Positions 9,472-18,213 of a DNA stretch of 64,000 nucleotides are shown one piece after another. A program made the translations under genes and the position numbers. Below the pieces are notes generated by a model, which did not search any database, was not told where the DNA came from, and was given only the letters and a program-made list of their open reading frames with translations. Within the stretch, counting starts at the first letter, position 1. Each line of letters begins with the position of its first letter. This DNA comes from an uncultured Candidatus Saccharibacteria bacterium. Its GTDB lineage: Bacteria > Patescibacteriota > Dojkabacteria > J137. Where the stretch lies: NCBI GenBank assembly GCA_964607415.1, contig CAZSKK010000001.1:68190-132189 (forward strand), written 5' to 3'.

Positions 9472-10353
9472 TCAATTCAAAAATATTAACTTACTTATAA
9501 ATACCAGTATCGGCCATAAAATATATTCTCCATCAGCTATTATATACGATAAGTTACGTAATTCCCTTCCTTTTAATTTTAGAGATTGTGTTAAATAGTA
9601 CAATCCATATAGAATAAAGAAAATATATACAAATGCAGATTTTGGTAAAGCATTCATATAAATCCCTAAAACTAATGGAATAAATGTAAATAACTTTAGG
9701 ATGTATAAAAAGTAAACTGTTCTCTTTAAACCCCATACAACAGGAAACGTTTTTAAATTCCTTTGTTTATCACTAACGATATCTTTTATATCAAAAAAAG
9801 TTGAATTAATAAACGCTGTCAGAAAGATAATAATAAAAAAGAAAAAATAAAACGCAGTAAGCTTGGATTGATAAAATAAAGGAACTAAGAAGATTTGTAA
9901 TGCCCAAAAGAAAGCAGAGTAGAAATTTTTTGATCCTGTGACAAATTTAGCAATCTTTGCTTTAAAGTAGTCTGTATAAAGTATTCCGCCTACAACTACA
10001 GAAACCACAAATGTTATTGTGGGGATATTAGTTGTTAAAAGTAAAATTATTAAAGAAATTGTATACACTGCAAGTAAGAATTCAGTAAGACGTTTTCTAT
10101 TATTTATATGTTTTGCCCGTTCTGGATTTGAATCTGCATCGAATCGTAATTCTTTGAAATGATTATAAGAATAAATTACTTGTGAACTTAAATATGGAAT
10201 CAACAGAACAACAATGTTGAAGGGTAGTTCCAAGAGCTGTACTATGGTTAGAATAACACCTAATGCTCCAAATGATAATAAATGCCCTCCATAAACAACC
10301 TCCATTAACAATATTGAGGATTTGTTTGATAAAAAGTTTAGTATTTTTTTCAT
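9472..10353 (-). CDS. UbiA-superfamily intramembrane prenyltransferase
   Basis: Multi-TM; YSYNHFKELRFDADSNPER (variant first motif) and FDIKDIVSD...KTFPV (second Asp-rich motif). Confidence 0.85.
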   Translation of the reverse strand: MKKILNFLSNKSSILLMEVVYGGHLLSFGALGVILTIVQLLELPFNIVVLLIPYLSSQVIYSYNHFKELRFDADSNPERAKHINNRKRLTEFLLAVYTISLIILLLTTNIPTITFVVSVVVGGILYTDYFKAKIAKFVTGSKNFYSAFFWALQIFLVPLFYQSKLTAFYFFFFIIIFLTAFINSTFFDIKDIVSDKQRNLKTFPVVWGLKRTVYFLYILKLFTFIPLVLGIYMNALPKSAFVYIFFILYGLYYLTQSLKLKGRELRNLSYIIADGEYILWPILVFISKLIFLN

Positions 10354-10371
10354 TATTATAAAGTTAAGTAA

Positions 10372-11448
10372 TTAAACATTGCGAATAATCATATAATCTG
10401 CAATGCTTTCCAAAAATTCGTAGGCAGATCTATCTTTATTAGAAAAGTGTTTTAAAGCTGTCTTTGCCTTTAAAACTTGATCTTCGCACTCTCTAATAGA
10501 ATAATCCAATGCTCCTGTATTTTTCATAATTAATCTTACTTCATCTGCCTCAAAATCTGTAAGATCTCTTTTTCCTAAATATTGTTCAAGCTTTAATTTA
10601 TCTTCTGACGTACCCTTCTTTAGTACTTCAAGGATTAAAAGAGTCTTTTTACCCTCTATTAAATCCCCTATATCTTCTTTTCCTGTTTCATCACTTTTCC
10701 CAAAAACACCTAGAATATCATCTCTTATTTGAAATGCAACACCACTTGGCATAGCATATTTGTTTAATGCCTTCAAATCTGTATCAGTTGCCCCTGCAAG
10801 AATTGCTCCAGCAAATAAGGGTAATCTATAAGTATAAGTTGCTGTTTTATAGTAATGAACTCTTAAAATATCTTCCTCTGTATAATTTAGTGGATAATTA
10901 TAGTTAAGGAGAATATCGTGAATTTGACCGAAACATACGGTAGCAATCTCTCTTGCTACAATTCTAATCAATTCATTTTTATTTTGAAGAGGGAAGTTTG
11001 AATTGCCTATTATCTCTAAGGCAAATTGATTAGCTAAATCACCAGATAAAATTCCCATTGTATTACCAATATGAAAATCATCTTCGAATTCATTTTTTAA
11101 CGAAAACTCTTCGTAAATTTTATGGATAGTTTTTCCGCCTCTTCGTAAAGAAGATCTATCCATAATATCATCATGTATTAGTAGGAAAGATTGAATAAGC
11201 TCAATAAATATTGAGAGTTTTATTATTTCATTATCATCTTTTCCACCAAATAATTTATAGGCGTAATAAATTAATGTAGCTCTAAATCTTTTACCACCTC
11301 TAAGTGTAAATTCACTAAGATGTTCTATAAATTCTTTAACAAAAGGGGAAATATTTTCAAATTCTCTACTCTTATCATCAAAATAGCTTTTCAAAATTGG
11401 CTCAATTTTTTCTTTATACCTATTGATTTCGTCTTCTGGACTAATCAT
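10372..11448 (-). CDS. trans-polyprenyl diphosphate synthase (FPP/GGPP synthase, IdsA-like)
   Basis: GGKRFR, IHDDIMD...RRG, GQ, KT, FQIRDDILG, GK...GDLIEGKKT. Confidence 0.93.
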   Translation of the reverse strand: MISPEDEINRYKEKIEPILKSYFDDKSREFENISPFVKEFIEHLSEFTLRGGKRFRATLIYYAYKLFGGKDDNEIIKLSIFIELIQSFLLIHDDIMDRSSLRRGGKTIHKIYEEFSLKNEFEDDFHIGNTMGILSGDLANQFALEIIGNSNFPLQNKNELIRIVAREIATVCFGQIHDILLNYNYPLNYTEEDILRVHYYKTATYTYRLPLFAGAILAGATDTDLKALNKYAMPSGVAFQIRDDILGVFGKSDETGKEDIGDLIEGKKTLLILEVLKKGTSEDKLKLEQYLGKRDLTDFEADEVRLIMKNTGALDYSIRECEDQVLKAKTALKHFSNKDRSAYEFLESIADYMIIRNV

Positions 11449-11484
11449 ATTTAGTTTTTAAAATTTTAATTTTTACAGATACAA

Positions 11485-11509
11485 AGAAAGGCTCGAATAA
11501 GCCTTTTCT
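11485..11509 (-). terminator. terminator-like hairpin between the response regulator and polyprenyl synthase genes
   Basis: Minus strand AGAAAAGGCT-TATTCG-AGCCTTTCT followed by TTGT. Confidence 0.5.
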
Positions 11510-11604
11510 ATTGAGCCAAATACTTTATTTCTCCAAGCCAAGAGCTAGGTAGTCTAACAGTATTTTTTATCTGTGTTGTATTGTTATATTCATTAAAGTG
11601 TTCA

Positions 11605-11991
11605 TTATGTATTACTATTCTCATTTCCCATTAATTGGTTGATTTTACTAATTAAAGTGTTTGGATCTATATCAGTTTTAATAATGTAATCAAAAACTCC
11701 TAAATCGCTAGTCACCTTTTTCTGTTCTTCGCTAACCAAGTTTGTTAAGATTATAACTTTTGGTTGATTAGGTAGCTGTTTCATTTCTTTTAAAACTTCG
11801 ATCCCATCTTTATCCTCCATCATTAAGTCTAACAATAGTATATCGTATTTATTTTGTGTCAATTTTTCAATTGCAGGAATACCTCCTAATGCTGTATCCA
11901 CTGAAAAGTGTCCTAAATTTACTAGTTGCTTAGTAAATATATCTAATATTTTCTGTTCATCATCTACTAATAAGATTTTTGTTTCATTCAT
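11605..11991 (-). CDS. single-domain response regulator (receiver)
   Basis: ILLVDDE, LLDLMM..DG, IILTN, YIIK. Confidence 0.92.
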   Translation of the reverse strand: MNETKILLVDDEQKILDIFTKQLVNLGHFSVDTALGGIPAIEKLTQNKYDILLLDLMMEDKDGIEVLKEMKQLPNQPKVIILTNLVSEEQKKVTSDLGVFDYIIKTDIDPNTLISKINQLMGNENSNT

Positions 11992-12032
11992 GGTTAGATT
12001 ATATAATAATTACATTAATAGTGTAATAGTTC

Positions 12033-12527
12033 TTAAACTTTTGTTGGGTCTAATAAATTAGCCAGGTCAGACTTAGGAACACTGTAACCGCTAACCCTGA
12101 AATCATGAATAATTTCTCGTGTGTAGTCTTGCATATCCATCAGATTTTCAGCAAAAATAGTTCCTTCCGCAGAAATATCATTAATTATTTGCTCCCAAGC
12201 TTGCCTTTTCTTCTTAATCTTTGTTAGTCCAAACTGTAAATTTGCTAATCTGCCAGACATCAAGCTGATTTTGTTAATTATAGAAGCATCGGGCAATTGT
12301 AAGTTAGTATCGGCTTTACTCTCGAATACCAAGGCAGTAATATCAGAGTTAAGTGAGGACATTTTCTTTGTAACTTCATCAATCTTTAAAATTTTATTTG
12401 TATTTTCTTCTAATGCACTTTCGGTTACAGTAAAGACTTCTTCTCCAAGATAATATCTAAGATCAGTAATAGAACTTATAATTCCTTCATACTTGTCCTT
12501 ATTTGGCATTGGATTATCTGTATTCAT
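12033..12527 (-). CDS. hypothetical helical protein
   Basis: 164-aa ORF with AT-rich leader, co-oriented with the signalling cassette. Confidence 0.6.
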   Translation of the reverse strand: MNTDNPMPNKDKYEGIISSITDLRYYLGEEVFTVTESALEENTNKILKIDEVTKKMSSLNSDITALVFESKADTNLQLPDASIINKISLMSGRLANLQFGLTKIKKKRQAWEQIINDISAEGTIFAENLMDMQDYTREIIHDFRVSGYSVPKSDLANLLDPTKV

Positions 12528-12848
12528 AGGTTAGAAAATAAAATTATAAATAATGGTCAACATCAAACGTTATTATATTGCAAATTTTATGATATTGATA
12601 GACTATATAGCGTTTCCAGTGATCCTTGACAACCAATTTACTTCAATTATTTCACTTTGTGGGTAAAGTAAATTACAATTCAATTTTCTTAAAGTTACCC
12701 ATAAATTTCTTATTGCATTGTAATCAATTTGTAAGATTTTAGGTTAACGAGTTGTTTAAGTTTTATATAAAATGAAAAACTTTCAAGTTAATTCAAAATC
12801 TTCAGAGGCAAGGCTTGCGACTTTTTTACGCCGCATGAAGTTAAAGTT

Positions 12849-12874
12849 GCCCGATATATGAAAATATATCGGGC
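12849..12874 (-). terminator. perfect 11-bp hairpin ending the ssb-led gene run
   Basis: GCCCGATATAT-GAAA-ATATATCGGGC, 5 nt beyond the stop at 12880. Confidence 0.65.
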
Positions 12875-12879
12875 TTACT

Positions 12880-13164
12880 CTAAAACATTGATAATTGTTC
12901 AATCTTGTTTTTAACAATCGGATTGCTAAGCATTAGAGAATCTTCCAATTGTTGAGCTAATAAAAATGATACTTTATTTGGTTCTCCAAAAAGTTCATCT
13001 CTAAACATAAAGTACGATTGATAACCTGTCTTTGAAATTGTTTTACCTTTAAACTCAAAATGATGTACTGAACGATCTTCAATATCTCCGAACATAAAAG
13101 GAGTAAAAACAATATTAACTGAATATCCAGATTTCAAAGTGTATTCAAATATTTCTTTTTTCAT
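12880..13164 (-). CDS. hypothetical protein (putative leading region)
   Basis: ORF with HHFEF...ISKTGYQSYF and a C-terminal EQLSMF clamp-binding-like motif. Confidence 0.65.
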   Translation of the reverse strand: MKKEIFEYTLKSGYSVNIVFTPFMFGDIEDRSVHHFEFKGKTISKTGYQSYFMFRDELFGEPNKVSFLLAQQLEDSLMLSNPIVKNKIEQLSMF

Positions 13165-13174
13165 AGTAAAAAAA

Positions 13175-13435
13175 CTAATTAAAATAAAATTCTGTAATCT
13201 TCTTAGTACAACGATTAATGTTTTCGTTTATCAATCGCAAAGTATATTGTCTATCTGCATTAAATTGTTTTAATGGATAGCACTTTCTTTCAACTTCGAT
13301 ATAATCTTCCCCTATAAGATCGGTTACATTGAGATAGAATCTTGCTTCTTTTAAAAGTTCTTTAGCTAGATTTATCCATCTATACTTTTGCCTATAGACA
13401 AGATCTATAGCGATATAGTCATCTAAAGTTTTCAT
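13175..13435 (-). CDS. hypothetical protein (putative leading region)
   Basis: 86-aa ORF tightly packed in a co-directional run. Confidence 0.6.
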   Translation of the reverse strand: MKTLDDYIAIDLVYRQKYRWINLAKELLKEARFYLNVTDLIGEDYIEVERKCYPLKQFNADRQYTLRLINENINRCTKKITEFYFN

Positions 13436-13469
13436 AGAAAAATGTTAAAAGTAGAATAGTGTTTTTAAT

Positions 13470-13487
13470 GTGGTTATCGCTTCCACT
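13470..13487. repeat. 18-bp intergenic direct repeat, copy 1 (GTGGTTATCGCTTCCACT)
   Basis: Identical to 14364-14381. Confidence 0.9.
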
Positions 13488-13493
13488 GAAGAT

Positions 13494-14159
13494 TTACTCT
13501 TTGTTGTTTAGGTTTGACTTCTTAGCCAATTCAACAACATTATTGAATGCTTGGTCTCTATCTTTAGCAGTTTCAAAAGTAATTACACAACTACGATTTT
13601 TAAATAGCTGGATTATTAGATTTCCCAATTGAAATTTCCCAGACCAAAAGCGATTATAATTTTGGTCTCTACCCTCAAGTGGTTTTATCTTGTCTGAAAG
13701 TTCAAAAGAATTTGGTTTATTTCCTGTAAATAGGAAAATCATTTGTGATAATTTCTCAACTACATCAGAATCAAAGTTTGCGTAAATATCAAAACTTAAT
13801 GATTTATTATTTCGTTTTGTTAGACTAGATTTGTTTGTATACTCATTAACTCTCACAAGATAATAGGCTTCTCTAATTAAAGCTTCGTATTTATCTGCCT
13901 CTTCTTTTTCATCAGCTTTCTTTTTAAGTTCAAGTATCATTTCATCTGATATATCTTCACTTTTAAGACAATATTTTGTAATGTCCTGATATTTACCTGG
14001 TAGATATGAGTAACTAAAAAAATTGCACAAAATCTTTTCTACTCCTTTTTCAAGTAACTCATCTAATGATCTAAAGCTGTAATCCTCAAGCCCAATATTC
14101 ATAAATTCTTGTTTAAGAATTAGTGCTTGTGATTTAAGTATTTCTATTTCGTTTTCCAT
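13494..14159 (-). CDS. hypothetical protein (putative leading region)
   Basis: 221-aa ORF; no recognised motif. Confidence 0.65.
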   Translation of the reverse strand: MENEIEILKSQALILKQEFMNIGLEDYSFRSLDELLEKGVEKILCNFFSYSYLPGKYQDITKYCLKSEDISDEMILELKKKADEKEEADKYEALIREAYYLVRVNEYTNKSSLTKRNNKSLSFDIYANFDSDVVEKLSQMIFLFTGNKPNSFELSDKIKPLEGRDQNYNRFWSGKFQLGNLIIQLFKNRSCVITFETAKDRDQAFNNVVELAKKSNLNNKE

Positions 14160-14223
14160 AGTGTTAAAATTAATTGTTAAGTAAGTAATTGCTTGATATA
14201 GGGTAGTTGTCTTTCAAGGGTGG

Positions 14224-14325
14224 CTATCCTATTATTATAAATCCTGCATCTGGGTCATTTACAATTGATAATCCTAATTCATTAAGTTTTAAGATTGTCT
14301 CTATTGTTATTGGTTTAGATTTCAT
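14224..14325 (-). CDS. small unannotated ORF, 33 aa (MKSKPITIETILKLNELGLSIVNDPDAGFIIIG)
   Basis: Translated by hand: ATG at 14325, TAG at 14224-14226; follows repeat copy 2 in the same way the 13435 gene follows copy 1. Confidence 0.5.
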   Translation of the reverse strand: MKSKPITIETILKLNELGLSIVNDPDAGFIIIG

Positions 14326-14363
14326 AAATGTATTTAGTAATAAATAGAATTTGGTGTTTTGGA

Positions 14364-14381
14364 GTGGTTATCGCTTCCACT
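14364..14381. repeat. 18-bp intergenic direct repeat, copy 2
   Basis: Identical to 13470-13487. Confidence 0.9.
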
Positions 14382-14387
14382 TGATGA

Positions 14388-14750
14388 TTAATTAATCATT
14401 GATTCATCAATTACGATTTCATCAGGATTAATGCTTTCATCTGAACTTAGTTGAATTCTTAAAATTCTTCTAAGAACTACAGTTGAGTTAAACTTTTTCT
14501 CACCTGCTTTATTAGTGTATTCAGAAATTTCTAAATCACCATTGATTAAAACAAGTTCTCCTTTTTCAAAAGAAGTAAGAATATTTGTTAAGTTTCCAAA
14601 AGCAATAAGCGTATGGTAATTAACTTTATCTTTAGTAAGGTTGACAGCAACATTAACTCTAACGTAATCGGTCTTTCCGTCATTAGATTTTCTAATTTCA
14701 GGTTTAGCAGTAAGATTTCCGATAATTTCGACAGATTGTGTATTTCTCAT
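14388..14750 (-). CDS. ssb: single-stranded DNA-binding protein
   Basis: IIGNLTAKPEIR, VAVN, FG, KGELVLINGDL...Y.NKAGEK OB fold; acidic tail. Confidence 0.88.
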   Translation of the reverse strand: MRNTQSVEIIGNLTAKPEIRKSNDGKTDYVRVNVAVNLTKDKVNYHTLIAFGNLTNILTSFEKGELVLINGDLEISEYTNKAGEKKFNSTVVLRRILRIQLSSDESINPDEIVIDESMIN

Positions 14751-14923
14751 AATGTAAATAAAATAAAAATTAATAAATAAATTTAAGTATTAGTTAAGGT
14801 CTAACACTCACCACCTCATAATTAACCTTCTTACATCTCCCGCCCTTCTTGGTTAGGAAGTTATCTAGTATTCATGTTAATCACTATTAAATTGTTAATG
14901 TTCTAGTTAAGTAATAAAAATCA

Positions 14924-15147
14924 TTCCCTTAACTAAAGGCCAATAGATAAACGGAGCGAAGCGAAGTGGTCATGTAAGAAAGAAAATTTGACAAGAAAAA
15001 TTCATAAATTATGTTCACCGAAGGGGAAGGATATTTTTTGAATTTAGCGAAGCAGTTCTTGCAAACCCGGAGGGCAGTGAACGAATGCGATAGCAGTAGT
15101 GAGCAATAAGTTTTCGCTTACATGATATGCTATGCCTGTTAAGGGAA
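14924..15147 (+). promoter_or_regulatory. long imperfect fold-back with GAA mini-hairpins; candidate ssDNA promoter or single-strand origin
   Basis: Nested inverted repeats TTCCCTTAAC/GTTAAGGGAA, TCATGTAAG/CTTACATGA, TTTGACAAG/CTTGCAAA, AAATTCA/TGAATTT; GCGAAGC at 14956 and 15047. Confidence 0.6.
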
Positions 15148-15379
15148 GGGTTCTAAAAATCATCAAATAGTTGCGAAGCAATCCATAATCAAAGCCAAAC
15201 TTTTTGTTTCTTTTTCATCTTGGCAACTGAATAGTTGAAAAAGAAAACGAACAAGGAATATGAACAATATAATGTCCTGAGCATCATTTAGGCAGTTGTG
15301 TTAAAGCTTTTCAAGCATTATTCAATGGTATTTATAAGGTAAAAGATTTATAATTCAATGTAACTATAAGGCTTTAACC

Positions 15380-16213
15380 ATGAAGAAAGACTCTATTCTA
15401 AAAAAAATCCCCAATATCTCGCATATTCCTCGAAATGAAGAGGAATTGAACAGTATCTTGCTGTTTTTAAATAAACCTAAAGATATTGAAGATTTTTATG
15501 ACTTCATAAGCATTAGAGTTCTATCTAAGGATAAACTTCCTCTTTTTGGTAGCCAGAAAAAAGATTCGACTGAAAGAAAATGGCTAAATCATTTGATTAT
15601 GATTAATCTTATTAACAGAGACAAAAAGAATAACAAGGTTACATTAACTGCTCTGTCTAAGAAATACTTATTAAAAAATATTAATCTTTATGATCTTGTA
15701 TTAACTTCAAGCAGAGCTGCACCATTATTCAATCTTTTAATAGAAAATCTAATTACCGTTTCATACCTAACAAACTCATTCCCTTCTGTTTTTGAACTTT
15801 ATGAGTTATTACAAAAGAAATTTGGATATATAGATAGACCCGTCAGTGCAACTAGGAATCTCTCAGGAATGATTAACTATCTCAAAGTGGGAAATATTAT
15901 AAAAAAAACTTCAGGAATTCATTTAACTGGAAATATTTTCTTACAGCAAGAAGAATACAATTCTTATGAACAAATAATGATTAATTTTGTTAGTAATAAT
16001 TCTAAATATGGTGGTTATGCAAGTGTAAAGGATCTTATATCTTATCTGAAGGACACTTTGCAGAATTTAGATCTTACTAAAATAGACTTTCTTATTCAAC
16101 GTTTTATAGCCAATAATAAAAACATATCTTTTCAAGAAGCTAGTTCTAATAAAGAAACTGGTATTTTCTTAAATGGAAAGAACATCCTATTTGTTAGATT
16201 TAACAAGAAGTAG
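15380..16213 (+). CDS. hypothetical protein with probable tandem winged-helix domains
   Basis: WLNHLIMINLI...VTLTALSKKYL and MINYLKVGNII wHTH-like segments; overlaps the ATPase gene. Confidence 0.55.
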   Translation: MKKDSILKKIPNISHIPRNEEELNSILLFLNKPKDIEDFYDFISIRVLSKDKLPLFGSQKKDSTERKWLNHLIMINLINRDKKNNKVTLTALSKKYLLKNINLYDLVLTSSRAAPLFNLLIENLITVSYLTNSFPSVFELYELLQKKFGYIDRPVSATRNLSGMINYLKVGNIIKKTSGIHLTGNIFLQQEEYNSYEQIMINFVSNNSKYGGYASVKDLISYLKDTLQNLDLTKIDFLIQRFIANNKNISFQEASSNKETGIFLNGKNILFVRFNKK

Positions 16214-17597
16214 TATGACTAAAGCAGATTTATTAAAAATAACTTCACCTCAGCCAGAATTACATCCTAAATATATTGTTGGTGAACAAGAAAATTGGGG
16301 GAAATTCAGGAAACATTTGGAAACATTTAGCAATGTAGAAGAATCTTATGCAGGTACAATTCAAGGAATTACAGGAAATGGGAAAACACATTTTATTCGT
16401 TATGCTAAAGAACAATTGAAAGATGAATATAACGTATTCATTATAGAAGATATGTTTTCTCAAAGTAATTTTATTGACTCACTAAGGAATATTTACAAAA
16501 GATTAATTAGCAATGATAACGATAGCACGAATAGAATTGAGGAATTAGCAAAACATATAAAGAATTTAGACATAAAAAGAAAAGATCTTAATAAAAAACT
16601 TATTGAAGAAGATAAAAAAAGTGTTTTAGAACTATTTAATCCGGTTTTGGAAGAGCTGGCTAAACTAGAAGCAATTGAGAGATATCCAAGTAAAATCTTA
16701 CATCTTCTCAGAAAAAATATTGACCATGATAAAACTATTGAAGTTTTAATTAGGTTATTTTCTGGGGAAGTAATACAGAATAAAGAAGATTTAGAGCTAT
16801 TACAAAATCTTAATCTAAAACGAAATTATTTAATTGAAAAGGAAGATGATTTTGTAGATTATTTTGTAGATTATATAGAATTAGTTTATGCACTTACTGG
16901 CAAATATCCACTCATATTTATGGACGAAGCTGATAGAGCCATTGCATTAGAAAGTTCCACAATACTTCCTAAAACTGCCTTCCAAGTGCTTGATAGCTTA
17001 AGGGAAGTTTTCAATAAGTTAAGAACACCTACCTTTTTTACAATTGGCACAACAACTCAAGCCTGGAGGTTAATTGAAAATTCAATTTCAGCTTTTGCAC
17101 GAAGATTTAATCGGTTTGAAATTGTATTAAAAGAAGGTAAAAGTAGCGATGAAATAATTGAGTTTATTCAACAGAGATCAGTAGAAAAGGGATTAGATTA
17201 TTCAGAATTGGAGAGAGATGGGATCATTACTGACAAGTTAATAAACGAATTAAGTTATTTCTCCAACACTTGGAAAGATGTTATCAACAATATAAAAAAA
17301 TATGTTGAAGAAGGAGAATTAGTAAAAGCTGAACCTACTTCTTTGGAAGAGATTGAAAATGAAATTCTAAAGACACTTAATATTTTTAGAAATTTAGAGT
17401 TATCTGACATTATTGAGAATAATCAAGTATTGAAAAAGTTATATCCTACTAAAAGAAACTTACCAGTAAGTATTATGACCAACTTGTTTGCCAAGAAAAA
17501 ATTTGTAGATAGGTATAAAAGAACTAAAGGGACGCCTTATGTCTATACGATAACGGATACTGGTGAACAGTATTTAAAGTTGAAAGCAGATGTCTAA
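16173..17597 (+). CDS. AAA+ P-loop ATPase (BrxD/DUF2791- or Cdc6-like) with C-terminal wHTH
   Basis: Walker A GITGNGKT, Walker B LIFMDEAD, arginine finger AFARRF, YVYTITDTGEQYL wing. Confidence 0.8.
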   Translation: MERTSYLLDLTRSSMTKADLLKITSPQPELHPKYIVGEQENWGKFRKHLETFSNVEESYAGTIQGITGNGKTHFIRYAKEQLKDEYNVFIIEDMFSQSNFIDSLRNIYKRLISNDNDSTNRIEELAKHIKNLDIKRKDLNKKLIEEDKKSVLELFNPVLEELAKLEAIERYPSKILHLLRKNIDHDKTIEVLIRLFSGEVIQNKEDLELLQNLNLKRNYLIEKEDDFVDYFVDYIELVYALTGKYPLIFMDEADRAIALESSTILPKTAFQVLDSLREVFNKLRTPTFFTIGTTTQAWRLIENSISAFARRFNRFEIVLKEGKSSDEIIEFIQQRSVEKGLDYSELERDGIITDKLINELSYFSNTWKDVINNIKKYVEEGELVKAEPTSLEEIENEILKTLNIFRNLELSDIIENNQVLKKLYPTKRNLPVSIMTNLFAKKKFVDRYKRTKGTPYVYTITDTGEQYLKLKADV

Positions 17598-18213
17598 ATA
17601 TTCATATAACGAAAAAAAATATATCAAAAATCAATCAGAAATTACACAATTTCTAAAGGATTCAGGAATTGAGGCGGAACTTGCAGGGTGGGAGCAGGTT
17701 TTTTCTAAACAAGACCTAGATTATGAGACTTTTTGTGGACTAAAAGAGAGTTTCGACCATTTAAGAAATTGTAAAATGAGAACTGCTGTTTTTACATTAG
17801 GAAGAACTATTGAGGAACTGTTAGATAGCTATATGGATAATGCAATAAATAGCGGATACAAAATAGGAGTTACTGCTAAAGATATTGAAGAGTGCAGAAA
17901 TACTTTTGCATTCTCTTTAAAGATTGATTTTTTGAAAGGTGAAGAAATACAATTGGGGAGAATTTATAAACGAAAGGTAAATGGGAAAAAAAGAACTAGC
18001 AAAAAAGTAAAGCTAAAGATAGCCGCATTGATAAAGACTGCTACAGCAGATAGTCTACATGAAATCAGAGAATATGGAAGAAATATTGGAGCACATCGAG
18101 CCAATAAAAGTGATGTTAAAAAAGTTAAAGAAAAGATTATTCCGTGGTTTACATTAGCACTAAACTTCATCTATGATACACAAGGAGAAATTATTAAGAT
18201 GCGGAAGAAATAA
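17590..18213 (+). CDS. HEPN/DUF4145-like protein, putative RNase effector
   Basis: TAVFTLGRTIEELL and LHEIREYGRNIGAH (R-x4-H) motifs. Confidence 0.65.
   Translation: MSKYSYNEKKYIKNQSEITQFLKDSGIEAELAGWEQVFSKQDLDYETFCGLKESFDHLRNCKMRTAVFTLGRTIEELLDSYMDNAINSGYKIGVTAKDIEECRNTFAFSLKIDFLKGEEIQLGRIYKRKVNGKKRTSKKVKLKIAALIKTATADSLHEIREYGRNIGAHRANKSDVKKVKEKIIPWFTLALNFIYDTQGEIIKMRKK

Noticed and set aside
11449-12032. ComX-like prenylated peptide precursor
   Set aside because: No small ORF with a suitably placed Trp found beside the synthase, which looks like a true chain-elongating enzyme with both Asp-rich motifs
13470-14381. CRISPR array
   Set aside because: Only two 18-bp copies about 900 bp apart, separated by genes; no cas genes or regular spacers in the window
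15380-18213. BREX system call from the BrxD-like ATPase
   Set aside because: No PglZ, BrxC, PglX or helicase gene in the window
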